From positions 1,632,001 through 1,696,000 of the forward strand of contig CBDFJR010000002.1 in assembly GCA_965248535.1 (NCBI GenBank): a stretch of DNA of 64,000 bases, given 5' to 3'. Below, in pieces: positions 21,270-30,987 of this stretch; within the stretch, counting starts at the first letter, position 1; the number at the start of each line of letters is the position of its first letter. The translations under genes were made by a program, and so were the position numbers. The notes below the pieces were generated by a model. That model was not told the origin of the DNA. It did not search any database and was given only the letters and a program-made list of their open reading frames with translations. The DNA is from Phormidesmis sp. (GTDB taxonomy: Bacteria > Cyanobacteriota > Cyanobacteriia > Leptolyngbyales > Leptolyngbyaceae).

Positions 21270-21486
21270 GATCAAGTGCTCAGTGATTAAAGATTGGGGA
21301 TTGACCACAAATCTACTTTCACTCTAATCTGATTTTCTTTTAATCGATAGAGTTTAGGGTTGGTTTAAACAATTAGCACCGTTGCCTCGTTATGATAAAT
21401 AAAAGCTTTTTGAACTGATTTTTTGAATGCTCTGATCAAAGGTTTTGCCGAGACTTTGCGCTGACGGCAGTTTTACGGTCTAGAAG

Positions 21487-21873
21487 GTGCATCGGATGCT
21501 CAACGCTTTATCTGACCCTAGCAATGCGGCAGCGATCGTCGAATTGGTGGATGTCTCTGTCGTGACTCAGCCCCAAGGTTTGGACGACCTGCCCGCGCAG
21601 TTGGGGCATCGCAATCTTGCTGTTGAAGAAATTCTGGTTAACCCTTGGAAAAATGCTCCAATCGCCGTTCGTCTTAAGTCTGCTCCGGTTTGCATTGACC
21701 ATGCGGCTCCGCTGTCTCCGTTGCGCGATCGCGATCTCATCGCGCTTGACGAATTCTTCGATCGCGACGATTTGCCCGATTTAGAGCAAGATGTCAATCG
21801 CCATTTGCTGCGCCTATTTCCTGAACCGTGTTGGGAAGACAAGCTGAGTTTTTTGAAAGACTTTCTCTCTTGA
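21487..21873 (+). CDS. hypothetical protein
   Basis: 128 aa ORF with protein-like composition filling the intergenic gap. Confidence 0.6.
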   Translation: MHRMLNALSDPSNAAAIVELVDVSVVTQPQGLDDLPAQLGHRNLAVEEILVNPWKNAPIAVRLKSAPVCIDHAAPLSPLRDRDLIALDEFFDRDDLPDLEQDVNRHLLRLFPEPCWEDKLSFLKDFLS

Positions 21874-21890
21874 TCTTTGAGGTTTGAATA

Positions 21891-21929
21891 AGTTTTGAGT
21901 TTTGAGTTTTGAGTTTTGAGTTTTTGAGT
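21891..21929. repeat. short tandem heptamer repeat (AGTTTTG)n, STRR-like
   Basis: About 5 tandem copies of AGTTTTG. Confidence 0.8.
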
Positions 21930-21985
21930 GTGACTATTAGGAAAGGTTTTTGCGCTTCAGTGACCTTTCTTAAGTCAAATCTTTT

Positions 21986-23425
21986 ATGTCTGCATTGCCC
22001 GAATTAATCAACGGTTTACCCAATATTTGTGGTCACGAGGCGGCGATCGCGGCTTCGCTTCAGCCCGATCGCCCGGTGTTTTTGCCCAAAACCAACTTGC
22101 GATTAGAGTCTCTCTCGGCGACCTTCTCGATCGCGCTCCATATGCACCAACCGACCATTCCAGCCGGGTTGGATGGGTCGCCGATCAGCAATTTGCAGCA
22201 GATGTTCGAGCATCCCTACGAGGGCGACAATCACAATGCGGCTCCCTTTGCCTGGTGCTATGCGCGCATGGGTGACTTCATTCCTGAGTTGGTGGCTCAG
22301 GGCTGCAATCCGCGAGTCATGCTTGACTATTCGGGCAATCTGCTTTGGGGGCTGCGGCAAATGGGGCGCGGCGATGTCTTAGACAATCTAAAGCGCATCA
22401 CCTGTGACGAAACCTATCAGCCCTATGTCGAGTGGCTGGGCACAATGTGGAGCCATGCGGTGGTGCCCTCGACTCCGATCGCTGATCTCAAACTCCACAT
22501 TCAGGCGTGGCAGCACCATTTCGCGGCGATCTTTGGCTGGGATGCCCTGGCACGAGTTAAGGGATTTTCACCGCCAGAGATGCACTTGCCCAATCACCCC
22601 GATACGCTCTACACCTTCATCCACGCGCTGAAAGAATGTGGCTATCGCTGGCTGCTCGTGCAAGAACACTCGGTTGAAACCCTGACCGGGCAAGCTCTAG
22701 ACTTTAAGCATTTGCCCCATCGGTTGGTGTCTCGCAACTCTCAAGGTGAGACAGTCAGCATTTCAGTTTTGATCAAAACTCAGGGATCAGATACCAAACT
22801 AGTGGCTCAGATGCAGCCTTATTATGAAGCTAAAACCCTCTCAAAACAGACGATATCAGGGGTGAACATTCCGGCGATCGTGACTCAGATAGGCGATGGC
22901 GAAAACGGCGGCGTGATGATGAATGAGTTTCCGGGCGCGTTCAAACGAGCTTGGCATGAAGTCGCAGCCGATCCCACCGTTGCCGGAGTTAACGGCACTG
23001 AGTATCTAGAACTGATCGCCGCCGCCGGGTGTCGCGAAGAAGATTTTCCGACCTGTCAAGCGATCGGGCAGCATTTAATCTGGCAAGAAGTCGATCCCAC
23101 ATCGGTCACACCCGCCGCAGTCGAGGCAGCGATCGCGCACCTGACCCAAACGCAGCCCAACTTTCACATGGATGGCGCATCTTGGACAAATCACCTCAGT
23201 TGGGTCGCGGGCTATGAAGCGGTTTTGACCCCGATGAACGACCTCAGCGCCCTCTTTCACAAAACGTTTGACGGGGCGGCAATCACTGACTCTGAAGATT
23301 ATCGTCAAGCCCTGCTCTATAATTTGCTGCTGCAAACCAGTTGTTTTCGCTATTGGGGTCAAGGCACTTGGACAGACTATGCCCAAGAACTCTATCGTCG
23401 CGGCAAAACTCTGCTCAAAGACTGA
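21986..23425 (+). CDS. glycosyl hydrolase family 57-like protein
   Basis: ALHMHQP, PPEM, DGENGG motifs. Confidence 0.85.
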   Translation: MSALPELINGLPNICGHEAAIAASLQPDRPVFLPKTNLRLESLSATFSIALHMHQPTIPAGLDGSPISNLQQMFEHPYEGDNHNAAPFAWCYARMGDFIPELVAQGCNPRVMLDYSGNLLWGLRQMGRGDVLDNLKRITCDETYQPYVEWLGTMWSHAVVPSTPIADLKLHIQAWQHHFAAIFGWDALARVKGFSPPEMHLPNHPDTLYTFIHALKECGYRWLLVQEHSVETLTGQALDFKHLPHRLVSRNSQGETVSISVLIKTQGSDTKLVAQMQPYYEAKTLSKQTISGVNIPAIVTQIGDGENGGVMMNEFPGAFKRAWHEVAADPTVAGVNGTEYLELIAAAGCREEDFPTCQAIGQHLIWQEVDPTSVTPAAVEAAIAHLTQTQPNFHMDGASWTNHLSWVAGYEAVLTPMNDLSALFHKTFDGAAITDSEDYRQALLYNLLLQTSCFRYWGQGTWTDYAQELYRRGKTLLKD

Positions 23426-23533
23426 ATGAGTTAAGAAATTTTTTATACCAGGACTGTGATGGTTTGTTGTAACGTGGGGAGAATCCGCTCAGTTTGGCGT
23501 AACCTACGCTTAACAGTCCTGTGAGAGATTGGA

Positions 23534-23911
23534 ATGTTTGATTTCACACCCCTGTTTGAGTTTTCTCGAAGTCACTGCGTTGAGATTTGCGCTTTTTTGG
23601 TGCCTGCCAATCTTTTAGCAACGCTGCGAACGCTGCTTTTAACCGGATTCCGTCGTCCCGCGTCGCAAGTCTGGCTATCTACCTCGATCGCCACTTTTTT
23701 TGCCGGATTAATGGTGCTGCACGTCATGACCTGGCTGATCATTGGCGTGGTGATGGCTCCGACGTTTATTTTGCTAGGGCTGGGCAGTGTGTGTCTAGCC
23801 ACCAATCTCTGGGCAATCTTTGGGCGTGAAAGCTTAGCGCGGCTGCTCGTCGCAGTCTATAAATTTTGCACTAGAGTAGATTTGCCCGCTTTTCTGAATT
23901 TGCATGAGTGA
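23534..23911 (+). CDS. hypothetical membrane protein
   Basis: Three hydrophobic segments; CAFLVPANL..T. Confidence 0.8.
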   Translation: MFDFTPLFEFSRSHCVEICAFLVPANLLATLRTLLLTGFRRPASQVWLSTSIATFFAGLMVLHVMTWLIIGVVMAPTFILLGLGSVCLATNLWAIFGRESLARLLVAVYKFCTRVDLPAFLNLHE

Positions 23912-24671
23912 TCCCCGCGACAAAGCCCCCCGATCGAACTCAACACCTGACCCTGACGCTGAATCCTCTGAAGTAGACGATCCCTGGATTGACGATATCG
24001 TGCCCGATGCTCAAGAGTCTGGTCTACGCAGTCCTTATATCAGAAAGGTTGACCCGGCTAGTCCGATCGTGCTCGTCGAAACCGCATTTTTGGCCAGTGC
24101 CGCGAGTTTAATCTGGCTCGTCAACTCCTATTTTCCGATGGGGCCCATTTTGCAGGTTTTCTTTCCGGTGCCGATCGCGCTTGTCTATCTGCGCTGGGGC
24201 AATCGGGCCGCCTGGATGGGGGCTTTAGTGTCGGGCTTGCTGCTGTCAGTGCTGATCGGCCCGGTTCGCAGCATTCAGTTTGTGATGCCCTTTGGGGTAA
24301 TGGGCGTGCTGTTAGGCACCCTGTGGTATCGCCGCGCCAATTGGGCAACGTCTATCGCGATCGCCACTTTATTAGGCGTGTTTGGCACCTTCTTTCGCAT
24401 CTGGCTGCTGTCAATTTTGTCGGGCGATGACCTCTGGCTCTATGGCACCAATCAGATCACAGGCTTCTTAGAGTGGGGGTTTCTCAAACTCGGACTGTTG
24501 ATGCAGCCTTCTTTGCCGTTGGTGCAGGCGGTTGTCGTCGGAATGATTTTTGTCCAAAACATGATCTATTTGTTTGTGGTGCATATCGTGGCGTGGTTTT
24601 TGTGCGATCGCCTCAACACGCCAATTCCCCGCCCGCCCAACTGGGTGCAGGTGCTCTTAGACTCAGAATGA
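23904..24671 (+). CDS. DUF2232 membrane protein
   Basis: VETAFLAS, P.PIAL..LRWG; overlaps cobT by ATGA. Confidence 0.85.
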   Translation: MSDPRDKAPRSNSTPDPDAESSEVDDPWIDDIVPDAQESGLRSPYIRKVDPASPIVLVETAFLASAASLIWLVNSYFPMGPILQVFFPVPIALVYLRWGNRAAWMGALVSGLLLSVLIGPVRSIQFVMPFGVMGVLLGTLWYRRANWATSIAIATLLGVFGTFFRIWLLSILSGDDLWLYGTNQITGFLEWGFLKLGLLMQPSLPLVQAVVVGMIFVQNMIYLFVVHIVAWFLCDRLNTPIPRPPNWVQVLLDSE

Positions 24672-25780
24672 TTTCTATTTACACGCAGGATCGACAGGCC
24701 CAGCAGTGGCTTCAGCGCTATCGGGGACGATCGCCCCTATTTGCCTGCGTCTTAGGGTTCACCGAAACCGGACTGATTCCGGGAATCTCGGCCGCCGGGG
24801 CAACGCCTCACGATCGCCAATATACCGCGATCGCCGATGCCGAGTTTTTGGTCAATGGAGTGCAAGCCAGTCCTCAATATCCACTACCACCCTTGAATGC
24901 GGGTGCATCTCCAGTCTTAATCTCGCGTGCAGTAGTCGAGGCGCAATCGATCCCCGTGCAGTTAATCAATGCAGGCTTGCCTCAAAACCCACCCGTGGCA
25001 GCGATCGATCTCAACGGACAGCCTGCGCGATGTTTGAGCACGGGGCAAGCAATGGATCGAGCGATCGTCGAGCATTTATTTGAGCAAGGGCTGGTCTGGG
25101 GAGATAAATTATCGATTCAAGTCGCAGACAGCTATCTGATTTTGGGGGAATGCGTAGTGGGCGGCACGACAACGGCCCTAGCAGTTCTCACAGCATTGGG
25201 GATCAAAGCCTCTGGCAAAGTCAACAGCAGCCATCCGATCTGCAATCACGCTCAGAAGTGGGATCTCGTTCAACAAGGACTTTCACACCTTTCTGCCAGG
25301 AATGATCCCCTAGCGATCGTGGCCGCAGTCGGTGATCCCATGCAAATTGTGGTGGCTGGAATGGCGATCGCGGCGAGCCGCAGATGTGGCGTGCTGCTAG
25401 CAGGTGGAACGCAGATGTTAGCCGTCTATGCCCTGGCTCGGGCCATTGCTCAAGCCCGTGCCATACCCTGGGATCTCGAACAAATTATCATAGGCACCAC
25501 GCGCTGGGTGTCCGAAGATCCCACCGGAGACACCGTTGGTTTAGCCCAGGATCTCGGCTCTGTGCCTCTAATCGCCACTCAACTGAGCTTTGCCACCTCT
25601 CGCCACCCGCAGCTTCGGTCTTATGAGCAGGGATATGTCAAAGAGGGAGTCGGGGCAGGAGGGTGCGCGATCGCGGCTCACCTCTCGCAGAACTGGGGAC
25701 AAAGAGACCTATTGGCAGCGATCGAAACATTAGCCGATCGCCATCAAATCACAACCAATGAATCAAAAAAAGAGAGGTAG
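24668..25780 (+). CDS. cobT: nicotinate-mononucleotide-dependent phosphoribosyltransferase CobT (TIGR00303 type)
   Basis: GISAAG, GECVVGGTTTA, GGTQM, VKEGVGAGG. Confidence 0.9.
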   Translation: MISIYTQDRQAQQWLQRYRGRSPLFACVLGFTETGLIPGISAAGATPHDRQYTAIADAEFLVNGVQASPQYPLPPLNAGASPVLISRAVVEAQSIPVQLINAGLPQNPPVAAIDLNGQPARCLSTGQAMDRAIVEHLFEQGLVWGDKLSIQVADSYLILGECVVGGTTTALAVLTALGIKASGKVNSSHPICNHAQKWDLVQQGLSHLSARNDPLAIVAAVGDPMQIVVAGMAIAASRRCGVLLAGGTQMLAVYALARAIAQARAIPWDLEQIIIGTTRWVSEDPTGDTVGLAQDLGSVPLIATQLSFATSRHPQLRSYEQGYVKEGVGAGGCAIAAHLSQNWGQRDLLAAIETLADRHQITTNESKKER

Positions 25781-25807
25781 GGAACAAGGCTCCCTTGCTC
25801 TGGTTTT

Positions 25808-26179
25808 TTAGTGAACTCTCTGGGACAAAAGTTGCTCTTCTAGCGCAGCAATGCGATTGTAAGCAGCCGTGAGTTGTGCAGTCAGTCGTTGGATTTGAAT
25901 CTCTGGAGAAAGCCCTTTTTCGCCGCCCTGCATCGAAGCCTCAGACGAGTGGTTGTCAACTAAAACATCTTTGTGTTCCATAGAGGGTGGCGTGATGCGA
26001 GTGCTTTGATAATAGCGCCCCGAACCGCCACCAAACGATGAAAAACCAGTGCCGTTATGAGAAGATGACCTGATTTCGGTGACAACCTGAGAGAGGTTGC
26101 CAGTCAACTGTTCAAGAACTTGATGTATCCCATCAATCTTGCCATTCATCGCATTAATTTGCTTTTGTAGCGTGTCCAT
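25808..26179 (-). CDS. conserved cyanobacterial coiled-coil protein
   Basis: HKDVL, QIQRLTAQLTAAYNRIAALEEQLL. Confidence 0.8.
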   Translation of the reverse strand: MDTLQKQINAMNGKIDGIHQVLEQLTGNLSQVVTEIRSSSHNGTGFSSFGGGSGRYYQSTRITPPSMEHKDVLVDNHSSEASMQGGEKGLSPEIQIQRLTAQLTAAYNRIAALEEQLLSQRVH

Positions 26180-26632
26180 CTATTGACCTAACTGCCCCTA
26201 CTTTTGATACATCTCATAGTACGTGAGCAAATCTGATCTAGGGGAGATAGTCCTGAATCATTTAACGTTTGATGAAGAGACCAAACCCATCCAGAAAAAC
26301 GACCTAGTTATTGATTTGAAAAATAGCTTAGAAACCAGACTGCAAACGCAAAATTTGGATTAAATTTGGCTTTGATTTCAAGTGTAGAGATCTTATTTGC
26401 CAAATGAACGATTTATCTCTAGTTTTATCCAAATATGAAATATCAAGAATTCGCAATTTAAATAAAGAATTAAGGGTTCGCATCAGATGCAGAGAAACGA
26501 GTGAGTTTTGCAAAACTAGGACTTCAGATCAGATGGTATGCTTTTAAAGGCGATCGCCCAAAACACGCTCTTCAGACTAAACAGCTTGGCTAGGGTTTGA
26601 GACCACTGAGTTGATGAATTTGAACAACGCGA

Positions 26633-27262
26633 ATGCTAACCTTTCAAGAATTTTTTGCCGTCTGCGCTGGATCTTGGACAACAGAGAGAACCTATCACTT
26701 TGTGCAAACCGGAGAGATTGAGCGGTCTTACACCGAGTTTCAAGTGCAGGCGCTAACCGACCCAGAAAAGCAGCGCATTCTAGACTCAGTGAGTCAATTT
26801 TCAGAGGCTCTCCAGATTGATTTGTCTAACCCAATCCCCACAGAAAACCCCTGCCCTGGCTTTGCGATCGCCTTCAACACCGTGTCCGACAAAGGCGAAC
26901 GGGTGGCTATGAGTCTCAACGCGCTATTTGTGCCTGAAGACTCTATGGCTGCGGTCGATTCATCTTCAAAACTGCCCCTGCCCTTGGCGGCTGAGGTGCC
27001 TGACGGTGACGTGATTCAGGGCTATTATCTGCGAGATGAAGGCTACTCAGAATCTGGGTCGATCGCGGGTCGATTTACCTATCAGCCCACCCGACAGACC
27101 TTAGAAATGACGACTTACTACTCACGATCGGTGGCGGTTGATCAGATGCGATTGCTTTCTCCCAATGTGCGCCTGCGAACGATCGTCACTTATCAGCGAG
27201 ATGACGGACAGATTCCTTCAGTGATGACGCTGATCGGGTTTGGGGTCGAGAAGAAAAACTAG
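26633..27262 (+). CDS. S/U-type phycobiliprotein lyase (CpcV-like)
   Basis: FF....G.W.TERTYH, YLRDEGYSE, RLRTI. Confidence 0.8.
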   Translation: MLTFQEFFAVCAGSWTTERTYHFVQTGEIERSYTEFQVQALTDPEKQRILDSVSQFSEALQIDLSNPIPTENPCPGFAIAFNTVSDKGERVAMSLNALFVPEDSMAAVDSSSKLPLPLAAEVPDGDVIQGYYLRDEGYSESGSIAGRFTYQPTRQTLEMTTYYSRSVAVDQMRLLSPNVRLRTIVTYQRDDGQIPSVMTLIGFGVEKKN

Positions 27263-27271
27263 GGGGAACTG

Positions 27272-28453
27272 ATGGAGCGACGATCGTTTATGACCGGGGC
27301 AGGAGCGCTGGCCCTAGGAACCTTGTTGACCGGATGTAATCGTCCAGATCAGGCAGCGCTAGCCGTTAGGCTGTTAAAACATTCGATTCCTGCTCCACTA
27401 GTGGGAGCCTTTAAAAAAAGCTTGCAGGGGCAGCAGGTCAACCTGGACTTTAAACCAGAGTCTCAGCTACAGGCGCTGTTTGCATTGCTGCAAGCCTGGA
27501 CGCAGCCTAGAAATCAGCCCCAGCCCCAGCCATGGCCGATCGAGATTCCGTTTTTAAGCCCACCCGCGACCGCGACTCCTGCTGATCTGGTCACGTTGGG
27601 TGATTATTGGTTAACCACCGCGATTCAGCAAAAGCTGATTCAGCCGCTTGACTCAAGCTTGTGGCCACAGTGGCCGCAGGTGCCCGCTAAATGGCGGGCG
27701 ATCGTGACTCGCAACCCGCAGGGCTTACCTGACCCCAAAGGCTCAGTCTGGGCGGCTCCCTACCGTTGGGGTAGCACCGTGATTCTCTATCGCACTGACC
27801 TCTTTCGCGAAAAAAACCTTCAGCTCCCGACCGATTGGAGCGATCTGTGGCGGGATGATCTGCGAGGACACATTTCGTTGCTCGACCAGCCGCGAGAGGT
27901 GATCGGTCTGACGCTGAAGCGGTTGGGCAAGTCTTACAACACGATCGACCTCAAAACCGTTCCGGCATTAGAAAGTGAACTAAAAACTCTACATCAGCAG
28001 GTCAAATTTTACAGTTCTGATAATTATCTACAGCCCTTGCTGTTGGGCGATACCTGGGTGGCGGTAGGGTGGTCTACTGACGCATTGCCTTTGATGCAGC
28101 GCAATCAGTCGATCGGGGCAGTCTTCCCGCCATCGGGGACGGCTCTTTGGTCAGATCTGTGGGTGCACCCGATCGCGAGTCAGCCCTCGCCCGCGTCGCA
28201 AGCGCTGCTCTCCCAATGGATCAATTTTTGCTGGAATCCTGACGTTGCGCCTCAATTGTCTTTGCTGAGTGACGCGGCATCGCCCATGCTTACCACTCTC
28301 AATGCCGCAACGTTTCCGCAGGCGTTACAAAAAAATCCTTTATTAGTGCCGTCGCAGGCCTCGCTCGATCGCAGTGAGTTTCTAGAACCCCTGCCTAACT
28401 CTACGGTTGAATCGTACCAGACCCTTTGGGCGAAAGTCCGTCAAACGAGCTAG
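27272..28453 (+). CDS. polyamine ABC transporter substrate-binding protein (PotD-like)
   Basis: Tat/lipoprotein signal RRSF...LTGC; PYRWG, DWSDLW, GTALWSD. Confidence 0.85.
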   Translation: MERRSFMTGAGALALGTLLTGCNRPDQAALAVRLLKHSIPAPLVGAFKKSLQGQQVNLDFKPESQLQALFALLQAWTQPRNQPQPQPWPIEIPFLSPPATATPADLVTLGDYWLTTAIQQKLIQPLDSSLWPQWPQVPAKWRAIVTRNPQGLPDPKGSVWAAPYRWGSTVILYRTDLFREKNLQLPTDWSDLWRDDLRGHISLLDQPREVIGLTLKRLGKSYNTIDLKTVPALESELKTLHQQVKFYSSDNYLQPLLLGDTWVAVGWSTDALPLMQRNQSIGAVFPPSGTALWSDLWVHPIASQPSPASQALLSQWINFCWNPDVAPQLSLLSDAASPMLTTLNAATFPQALQKNPLLVPSQASLDRSEFLEPLPNSTVESYQTLWAKVRQTS

Positions 28454-29144
28454 AATGCCCTCGAAATCCCGCTTTGCCAGACGAGTCGAGCGATAGATTG
28501 CACACGATCGTAGGAGCCAAAGCCGAAATCGATAGGTTGGCTGACGCGACTTTCACCCCCCGATCGCCGGGTTCTCTGGTTGCAACTCCGCGGGCTGCAA
28601 AATCACAGGTGTAGGCGGCTAACAGCCCTCCTTGGCGGCTAAAGACCCGCATGTTGTAGCCATAGCCACTGGCAACCGTGCCAATCTGCTGAACAAAGTC
28701 ATACCGATCTAAATAATCTAGTAGGCTCCAGACTTGTTGATTGACGATAAAATCAACTCGGTTGGTGCGATCGGCTTGACCAGGACAGGCCAGCCAGCTA
28801 TCTAGCAACTTGCCGCCAAACTGAGGCTGTGCCGAGATTTGATCTCGGGCCCACCAAAAACTAGGAGTCGTGAGATTGGCTTGAGAAATGGTTTGGTCTG
28901 TCACCCCCGCAGTCGCTGCTCTGTCACACCGACCCTGCTGAACTTGACTGAAGTCGAGGGGTTCTAAAGACGGCTGTAGGTCGGCTTGAGCAGAGAGATA
29001 AGCGGTGAGATTTAGAGACGTTTCGGCGGCGATCGCTGGCCCGCTGGCCCCGCTCGCCACCGCGAGCAAACTCAGGCCCATCAGTGCTTTTGACCAAGCT
29101 GCTAAAGTCTGGAACGATCGGGGAAGGGACTTGCTTTGATTCAT
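28401..29144 (-). CDS. hypothetical exported protein
   Basis: Signal-like N-terminus; PSFWW..DQ..GGKLL..W motif. Confidence 0.75.
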   Translation of the reverse strand: MNQSKSLPRSFQTLAAWSKALMGLSLLAVASGASGPAIAAETSLNLTAYLSAQADLQPSLEPLDFSQVQQGRCDRAATAGVTDQTISQANLTTPSFWWARDQISAQPQFGGKLLDSWLACPGQADRTNRVDFIVNQQVWSLLDYLDRYDFVQQIGTVASGYGYNMRVFSRQGGLLAAYTCDFAARGVATREPGDRGVKVASANLSISALAPTIVCNLSLDSSGKAGFRGHSSSFDGLSPKGSGTIQP

Positions 29145-29302
29145 GCACCCAAAACTCGTGTAGAACTATAACGACTGCGAGATCGTGCGATCGCTCTCTC
29201 CATCATAGTCAGGAGGTCGATCGGTGCCCATCCATTCCCTAGTTTAAAACGCTGGCATAATACGCGCATGAAGCGGTCTTCACCTTCCTTAAAATAAGTC
29301 CT

Positions 29303-29719
29303 ATGAATGATCCTTTTCGCCGTTTAAAATTCCTTCCGTGGATCTCGTTACTTCAGATTTCCTTAATTACGGTGTTGATGGCGATCGCCTTTGATGTTTT
29401 GCTAGCTCGGATTGCGGCCTCGGTGCCTGTGATTTTAAACCTTTTGAGCAAGCTGCTGGTTTCTCCGATCGGGGTATTGCTCGATCTCGCCATCCCAGTT
29501 GGGATCGGGGCCCTGTCCGTCGCCGTTTTAGAACGCTGGTTTCGGCAAGTGATCATCACCAATTCAACGCTGTGGGCCCTCGTTCCCTGCGTGGCGCTGT
29601 GGCTGCTGCTCAGATCATTTGTGCCGCTTCCCACGGTGCTGATTCCTGATATCAATATTGTCTCGCTAGCCGGAGTTGTCGTCGGCGTTTTTTGGAAGGG
29701 ACGACCCTATTGGCGATAG
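29303..29719 (+). CDS. hypothetical membrane protein
   Basis: Four hydrophobic segments; FWKGRPYWR terminus. Confidence 0.8.
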   Translation: MNDPFRRLKFLPWISLLQISLITVLMAIAFDVLLARIAASVPVILNLLSKLLVSPIGVLLDLAIPVGIGALSVAVLERWFRQVIITNSTLWALVPCVALWLLLRSFVPLPTVLIPDINIVSLAGVVVGVFWKGRPYWR

Positions 29720-29807
29720 CGAGGTGGCAAATTTCTTAAACGACTCACTGATGATGGGTTCAGTCCATCTCTCAATCATCTCTACTGTCAGAAATGTCTC
29801 CTAAATT

Positions 29808-30665
29808 ATGCTGGTTAGCCCAACTGCAACGCTTCTGATCTCTTGCCCTGACCAAAAAGGATTGGTCGCTAAAATCGCGAACTTTGTTTACTCAAATGGG
29901 GGCAATATCATTCATGCCGATCAGCATACTGACTTTTCTGCGGAGTTGTTTTTGGCTCGCGTTGAGTGGCAGTTAGATGGGTTTAACTTGCCCCGCGATG
30001 TGATTGAGCCAGCTTTTAGAGCGATCGCGCAACCCCTAAATGCCAGATGGCAGATTCATTTCTCTGACACGGTGCCTCGCATTGCGGTTTGGGTGAGTCG
30101 TCAGGATCACTGTTTGTTTGACTTAATTTGGCGACAGCGCGCTAAAGAGTTCACCGCCGAGATTCCATTAATCATCAGCAACCACGAAAATTTAAGCGCG
30201 ATCGCGGCTCAATTTGACATCGCCTTTCAACACATTCCGATCACTCAAGACACCAAACCTCAGCAAGAAATTAAGCAGCTAGCGCTTTTGCGGCAATACA
30301 AAATAGATCTCGTGGTGTTAGCTAAATATATGCAGGTTTTGAGTTCAGATTTTGTGTCTCAATTTCCTAATATCATTAACATTCACCACTCATTTTTACC
30401 CGCATTTGCAGGGGCAAATCCCTATCAAAGAGCTTACGAACGAGGCGTTAAAATCATTGGAGCAACGGCTCATTATGTGACAGCAGACTTAGACGAAGGG
30501 CCGATTATTGAGCAAGATGTGGTGCAGGTCAGTCACCGAGATGATGTGAATGATCTGATTCGCAAAGGCAAAGATTTGGAGCGAGTCGTGTTGGCCAGAG
30601 CCGTGCGATCGCACCTCCAAAATCGCGTTTTGGTCTATGGAAATCGCACGGTGGTGATTGGCTAA
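29808..30665 (+). CDS. purU: formyltetrahydrofolate deformylase
   Basis: ACT domain CPDQKG; INIHHSFLPAF, GATAHYV, LDEGPII. Confidence 0.96.
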   Translation: MLVSPTATLLISCPDQKGLVAKIANFVYSNGGNIIHADQHTDFSAELFLARVEWQLDGFNLPRDVIEPAFRAIAQPLNARWQIHFSDTVPRIAVWVSRQDHCLFDLIWRQRAKEFTAEIPLIISNHENLSAIAAQFDIAFQHIPITQDTKPQQEIKQLALLRQYKIDLVVLAKYMQVLSSDFVSQFPNIINIHHSFLPAFAGANPYQRAYERGVKIIGATAHYVTADLDEGPIIEQDVVQVSHRDDVNDLIRKGKDLERVVLARAVRSHLQNRVLVYGNRTVVIG

Positions 30666-30695
30666 CGGTTAGATTTTTTCTGATGAAGTAAATCA

Positions 30696-30947
30696 ATGAA
30701 ATTAATTCTCTACAGCAAACCGGGGTGTCATCTATGCGAAGGCTTACAAGAAAAGTTAGCCGACGTGAGGGCAGTGGCGATCGAGCTTGAGATTCGCGAC
30801 ATCACCACCCGCGACGACTGGTTTCAGGCTTATCAATATGAGATTCCGGTGCTCTATAGCGGGTCTGCGCGCTTGCCTCGCCCGTCTCCTCGCGCTACAG
30901 TTCAACAATTAGAAAGCTTGCTACAGAAGTTTGAGTCGTCAACTTGA
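30696..30947 (+). CDS. glutaredoxin-like protein (DUF836)
   Basis: SKPGCHLC, YEIPVL. Confidence 0.88.
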   Translation: MKLILYSKPGCHLCEGLQEKLADVRAVAIELEIRDITTRDDWFQAYQYEIPVLYSGSARLPRPSPRATVQQLESLLQKFESST

Positions 30948-30987
30948 TAAAAATAAGCGCAAATCCAGTCGGGCAAGGAGTGAACGA

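Noticed and set aside
24473..24667. N-terminal extension of the cobT ORF
   Set aside because: Overlaps DUF2232; the ATGA-coupled start at 24668 fits the family.
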